48,321 nt of DNA from a virus. This document shows positions 45,000-48,321 of this stretch, one piece after another. Position 1 is the first letter of the stretch. Every line of letters begins with the position of its first letter. The translations under genes were made by a program, and so were the position numbers. The stretch spans positions 380,878 through 429,198 of the IMG/VR virus record IMGVR_UViG_3300025030_000039. One strand, given 5' to 3'. Below the pieces are notes generated by a model, which had not been told where the DNA came from, did no database searches, and saw only the letters and a list, made by a program, of their open reading frames with translations.

Positions 45000-46232
45000 T
45001 TATTTTAGAGATTTTTTTAATTCTTTTAAATCATTAATATACATTTCTTTAGGAATTAATTTTTTAGTTTCAATTAATTCTGCCTTTTTAATTTCAAACT
45101 GATTCATTAATTCATCATATTTTTCTTTTGTTAATGAATGAATAGCCATTGACAATAAATAAGAATAAGAATCATCAATTTTATCAAATTTTAACTTACT
45201 TAATGATTCAATTATTTTATCTTTAGGAACTTTATTAACTTTAATTTCATTATCTATTATTCCCTTTATAAAGCGTGCTTTGTTAGATAATATTTTAACT
45301 TCATATTCTGATTTATCGATTAGATAATCTTTTCTTTTTTGATAGTAATTTAATCTAAAATCAACAAAATATTGAACTATATCTTTAGCAGATTTAAATA
45401 TTTTAAGCTTTCCTGTTTCATCAAGAGTTGTTAAATTTTCAGTTTCATATTCTTGTAGCTTAAATAAATCTTCAATTTTTTCCTTTTTAAGGAAAGTCGC
45501 TAAATTTGTTCTAGAAAATTTAATTTCATAATTTATATTTTGTGAACAATTATCTTCATATGAAGCTATTTCTTTTTTTGCTAATTTAGAATTTAAATGT
45601 TTTTCATATTTTTCATATGTTGTGCTAGGTGGTAATTCTGATATAATTATTGTACTTGTATTTGTTACTGCATATTTTCCTTCAAATATCCACCTGTTAG
45701 ATTTTTCTTCATCTTTATAAATGCCTCCTGTAAAATCTTTAATCCATGGTGGTAATTCTCTAATTTTTTTACTATCTAAATGATCAAGACATGCATCAAT
45801 TAATGTTTTTGGATTTCTATTTAATATATTTGTTGCAAATCCTACAGCAATTCCTGAACTTCCATTTAATAATACAGTCGGTATTATGGGTAAGAAGAAA
45901 TTCGGTTCAATTTCATTTCCTTCTTCTATTTTAGATTCTAATAATTCGAAATCTTTATATAATAATCTAAAATTAGGATGTAACCTAGTTGATATATATC
46001 TAGGAGCTCCTGCTTCGGGAGATCTTAAACTACCAAATTGTCCAATTTCATCTAGTAGTGGCATAGAATTTTTATAAGATTGTGCCATTCCTATAATTGC
46101 TTGATTTAATGCTGAATTATGAACTACTATTTTAGATTTACCTACTACAAAACTTTCATATTCAGGAACTGATATATCATAATATTTTTTAGGTTCATTT
46201 AAAATATTAATTTTTATACTCTTTATTTTCAT
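45000..46232 (-). CDS. topoisomerase II A-type (GyrA/T4 gp52-like) subunit, C-terminal fragment, preceded by intein C-terminal splicing segment (Int-C, ~39 aa) with its own start codon
   Basis: N-terminal MKIKSIKINILNEPKKYYDISVPEYESFVVGKSKIVVHN (intein blocks F/G, terminal HN) then extein SALNQAIIGMAQSYKNSMPLLDEIGQFGSLRSPEAGAPRYISTRL (cf. GyrA SAVYDTIVRMAQ...GNFGS...AAMRYTEIRL; active-site Tyr). Confidence 0.65.
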   Translation of the reverse strand: MKIKSIKINILNEPKKYYDISVPEYESFVVGKSKIVVHNSALNQAIIGMAQSYKNSMPLLDEIGQFGSLRSPEAGAPRYISTRLHPNFRLLYKDFELLESKIEEGNEIEPNFFLPIIPTVLLNGSSGIAVGFATNILNRNPKTLIDACLDHLDSKKIRELPPWIKDFTGGIYKDEEKSNRWIFEGKYAVTNTSTIIISELPPSTTYEKYEKHLNSKLAKKEIASYEDNCSQNINYEIKFSRTNLATFLKKEKIEDLFKLQEYETENLTTLDETGKLKIFKSAKDIVQYFVDFRLNYYQKRKDYLIDKSEYEVKILSNKARFIKGIIDNEIKVNKVPKDKIIESLSKLKFDKIDDSYSYLLSMAIHSLTKEKYDELMNQFEIKKAELIETKKLIPKEMYINDLKELKKSLK

Positions 46233-47491
46233 ATATTTTCATTTATAAAATCAATACATAGTTTATAATTTTCTTCAATAGATTCTGTATCCCATATAAC
46301 TAAAACTTTAAAATTATTTAATTTTGCTAATTGTATTTTTTCTTCAAATATTTTTAAATATTTTTTATATCCTTCTTTAGTCATTGGATGATACCATTTA
46401 TTTAATTTGTTAATATATCTATAATCTGGATGCCATCTACATCCATTAAATTCTATTATTAATTTTTTTGTTTTAATTGTTAAATCATAGAAAAAATAAC
46501 TATTATTTTTTCTTTCTAAATAAAATTCATTTTTATTTTTATTACTATCTCCATAATAAATATCATAAGTATTAATACTTTTATCGGTTATTAAATAATT
46601 TATAACTTTACTAAAAACTTTCATAGAAGCATTAGAAGCATTAGAATTAAAAGGTTTATAATACCCATTTCTTTTTATTAATATATTTTTAACTTTTAAT
46701 TTTACTTCTTCTATTTGACCTGGATTAATAATTCCTTCTCCATATCTTTCTGTAAATGTATTTTTAATTTTTTCTTTTACTTTATCTCTTTGAAAAACAT
46801 TTACAATTCCCTCAGTTTCTAATAATTTATTTTCCCAATTAATTCTAGATTTAGAGTTTTTAGAAAAATTATGTTTAGTTCCACAACTTTTGATATATCC
46901 AAGTTTTTTATTTTCATCTCCACATTTTTTAGAACAAGTTTCTTCACCATTTTTATTAAAATATTCTTTATCACATATTTTACACTTTTGATATTTTCTA
47001 CATTTAGAACATTTAGTTGAATATAAATTTAAATCTTTTTCAATATATTTTAAACTTATAAATTTATTATTATATTCTTTATTACATCTTTTACATATTA
47101 AATTTTCATTTTTAATTTCTTTTAAATCCATGTTTTATTTTATATATTAACATAAATTTAAGCTTTTTATTAGCATGAAGACTTAGGTTAAATAAGATAT
47201 AATATCATCACCTTCTTTTAAGTCTTTTACATATTTCCAAATATTACCTTTTAATAAAAATGGATGATACTCGGTAAATTTAAATATTTCGCCATTTTCC
47301 ATTTCTATTTCGTATTCTTTATCTGTAATTTGACCTATACGTGCATTGCATCCTTCAGCAATAACAAATTTATTATTAATATCATCAAATGCGATTATAT
47401 TCATTTTTTTATTAGGGTAGTTTTCAGCCCATTCACCAATTTTAATATAACTACCGTCTTCTAATAAAATAGGAGTATCATAATCCCCGCA
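46116..47491 (-). mobile_element. intein inserted after YHHGD of the topo II A subunit, fractured into Int-N / free-standing endonuclease gene / Int-C
   Basis: Cys at +1 of intein (codon 47491-47489) after extein ...AFYHHGD; intein ends HN (codon 46118-46116) before Ser+1; blocks A (CGDYDTPILL), B (TEYHPFLL), F, G identified by eye. Confidence 0.6.
46229..47131 (-). CDS. free-standing endonuclease gene inside the intein: N-terminal Cys-rich zinc-finger repeats plus C-terminal Vsr-like (PD-(D/E)XK superfamily) nuclease domain
   Basis: multiple CxxC pairs in first 90 aa; YDLTIKTKKLIIEFNGCRWHPD and NFKVLVIWDTE resemble Vsr/DUF559 blocks (..ifvDGcfWHgh.. / ..vlrfWehe..). Confidence 0.45.
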   Translation of the reverse strand: MDLKEIKNENLICKRCNKEYNNKFISLKYIEKDLNLYSTKCSKCRKYQKCKICDKEYFNKNGEETCSKKCGDENKKLGYIKSCGTKHNFSKNSKSRINWENKLLETEGIVNVFQRDKVKEKIKNTFTERYGEGIINPGQIEEVKLKVKNILIKRNGYYKPFNSNASNASMKVFSKVINYLITDKSINTYDIYYGDSNKNKNEFYLERKNNSYFFYDLTIKTKKLIIEFNGCRWHPDYRYINKLNKWYHPMTKEGYKKYLKIFEEKIQLAKLNNFKVLVIWDTESIEENYKLCIDFINENI

Positions 47492-47722
47492 GTCACCATG
47501 ATGATAAAAAGCTTCTGCAGATACTTTACCTCCTAATTGAAATACTTTTAAAGGTTTTTCTTTACCTGTCTTCCAAATTTTATTTGCAATAAAAACTATT
47601 TTTCTTGCTGTAGGTTTTAACCCATCAATTACGGATGGAATTGCTCTATGTTCAACTACGTATTGTGCATACTCTAAATAATCTTCATCACAATATTGTG
47701 ATATTGTTTTATTATTTACCAT
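47183..47722 (-). CDS. topoisomerase II A-type subunit N-terminal fragment (77 aa extein) fused to intein N-terminal splicing domain (Int-N, ~102 aa), terminated by stop
   Basis: EYAQYVVEHRAIPSVIDGLKPTARKIVF...AFYHHGD (cf. GyrA [29 protein letters not shown]...KYHPHGD) followed by CGDYDTPILLEDGS...GEIFKFTEYHPFLL. Confidence 0.65.
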   Translation of the reverse strand: MVNNKTISQYCDEDYLEYAQYVVEHRAIPSVIDGLKPTARKIVFIANKIWKTGKEKPLKVFQLGGKVSAEAFYHHGDCGDYDTPILLEDGSYIKIGEWAENYPNKKMNIIAFDDINNKFVIAEGCNARIGQITDKEYEIEMENGEIFKFTEYHPFLLKGNIWKYVKDLKEGDDIISYLT

Positions 47723-47730
47723 AAATGTGT

Positions 47731-48321
47731 TTAAAATAAAGCTGTTTCTAAAATTAAAGGTTCACCTAATATTTTTTCTTTTCGTTCATCAGATTCCCCA
47801 GCAAACCAAGCTGATAATGTACTTTGATATTCTCCATCCTTTGTAATTTTTATTACTTTAGGATTTTTTAATATTTCTTCATACTCATAATCTTCCAATG
47901 AAGCTAATCCCTTTTTATATTCTACATTCCAACTTTTAACATCTTTAATAGAATGCTCCCATTTATCATATTCATCTTGAGTATAAAAATAATTTATAGC
48001 AGTTCCTTTTTTAGTTACAACTAACGGAGTCATAACTTTATATATTTTTTCCTGCTCGAATAATTCTGGCCAATATTTTGCAAAGAAATGTATTAATGCG
48101 CCTGCAATAGCATTACCATCTGGATCAGCATCTGTATAAATATATAATTTTCCATATCTTAATCCAGCAGGTACTTCACCTAATTTTAATCCTACTGCGC
48201 CCATTAAACCTAATACTTCTTCGTTTTTAATTACTTTAGCATTAGTTAATTCACTTACATTAATAAATTTACCTTTTAATGGAAAAGCTCCAAACTTTTG
48301 AGAATCTCTAAATTTACGTAC
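47731..48321 (-). CDS. topoisomerase II B-type (GyrB/T4 gp39-60-like) subunit, C-terminal TOPRIM part; gene continues beyond window end
   Basis: frame stays open upstream of first Met (…GAFPLKGKFINVSELTNAKVIKNEEVLGLMGAVGLKLGE…); PLKGKxxNV and YIYTDADPDGNAIAGALIHFF (DxDxDG TOPRIM motif). Confidence 0.6.
   Translation of the reverse strand, partial: VRKFRDSQKFGAFPLKGKFINVSELTNAKVIKNEEVLGLMGAVGLKLGEVPAGLRYGKLYIYTDADPDGNAIAGALIHFFAKYWPELFEQEKIYKVMTPLVVTKKGTAINYFYTQDEYDKWEHSIKDVKSWNVEYKKGLASLEDYEYEEILKNPKVIKITKDGEYQSTLSAWFAGESDERKEKILGEPLILETALF

Noticed and set aside
1697-47464. Other short plus-strand or nested ORFs in the track (1697-1915, 4764-4949, 5888-6085, 8641-8928, 11723-12004, 17610-17810, 19356-19541, 35781-35990, 37652-37864, 37889-38293, 38999-39346, 41782-41979, 45886-46077, 47264-47464)
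   Set aside because: All lie inside or antisense to long, well-supported minus-strand genes and translate to low-complexity I/L/F/S-rich peptides expected from AT-rich antisense sequence.
47131-47722. Read-through fusion of Int-N ORF and endonuclease ORF (they are in the same frame)
   Set aside because: The 51-nt spacer contains additional in-frame stops (…ATG CTA ATA AAA AGC TTA AAT TTA TGT TAA), so the two are not a single interrupted ORF.
1-48321. Eukaryotic giant-virus (NCLDV) origin, considered because of the Kdo pathway, topo II, intein, tRNA cluster, Asn-rich proteins and ~22% GC
   Set aside because: The window has a sigma-70-family factor, a separate GyrB-like/GyrA-like two-gene topo II (A gene starts with its own Met, like GyrA/gp52), a T4 BGT and gp42-like pair, Seg-type GIY-YIG endonucleases, bacterial-type tRNA-His with encoded G-1, and rho-independent terminators. 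All point to a bacteriophage.
1-48321. CRISPR array or other long tandem repeat
   Set aside because: No regularly spaced direct repeats seen anywhere; only short local repeats and terminator hairpins.

Overview
The window is a very AT-rich (roughly 20-25% GC by eye), densely packed stretch in which every convincing gene lies on the minus strand. Starts and stops frequently overlap by 4-8 nt, and Shine-Dalgarno sequences are essentially absent. Gene content points to a large virulent dsDNA phage of a Gram-negative host, rather than a eukaryotic giant virus. The supporting evidence is a sigma-70-family factor, a two-subunit prokaryotic/T4-type topoisomerase II, a clear homolog of T4 DNA beta-glucosyltransferase with a cytosine-type dNMP hydroxymethylase, Seg-like GIY-YIG endonucleases and rho-independent terminators. 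The host is possibly Bacteroidetes-like given the missing SD. In order along the window: (i) a cluster of five tRNA or tRNA-like genes at 219-673; (ii) a vWA / Zn-ribbon / DinG-like helicase group; (iii) a ~12.5 kb glycan-biosynthesis island (10.7-23.2 kb) with a CMP-Kdo pathway (KdsD-like, KdsB, KdsA), a KpsC/KpsS-type Kdo transferase, a sialyltransferase-motif GT, a sulfotransferase, a pyruvyltransferase, two methyltransferases, a DegT aminotransferase and a large GT-A/GT-B fusion; (iv) a sigma factor plus phosphoesterase; (v) a Sir2-like protein with no Zn ribbon; (vi) a DNA hypermodification module (BGT-like, dCMP-hydroxymethylase-like, frame-interrupted dTMP-kinase-like gene, GMK-like kinase); (vii) an IspD-like cytidylyltransferase next to a CofD/YvcK-HAD fusion; (viii) two DEDD exonucleases, HD, KTSC and YqeY domain proteins; (ix) the topo II A-subunit gene interrupted by an intein that is itself broken into three ORFs (Int-N, a free-standing Vsr-like endonuclease gene, Int-C). 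The most interesting items are the fractured topo II gene / split intein, the phage-borne Kdo / sulfated-glycan island, a GC-rich perfect hairpin sitting on a frame break in a kinase-like gene (candidate recoding), the hmC-glucosylation genes next to a CofD-type phosphodiester cassette, and tRNAs that carry a shared insert in the variable region. All calls rest on manual reading of the ORF translations and sequence; no searches were run.
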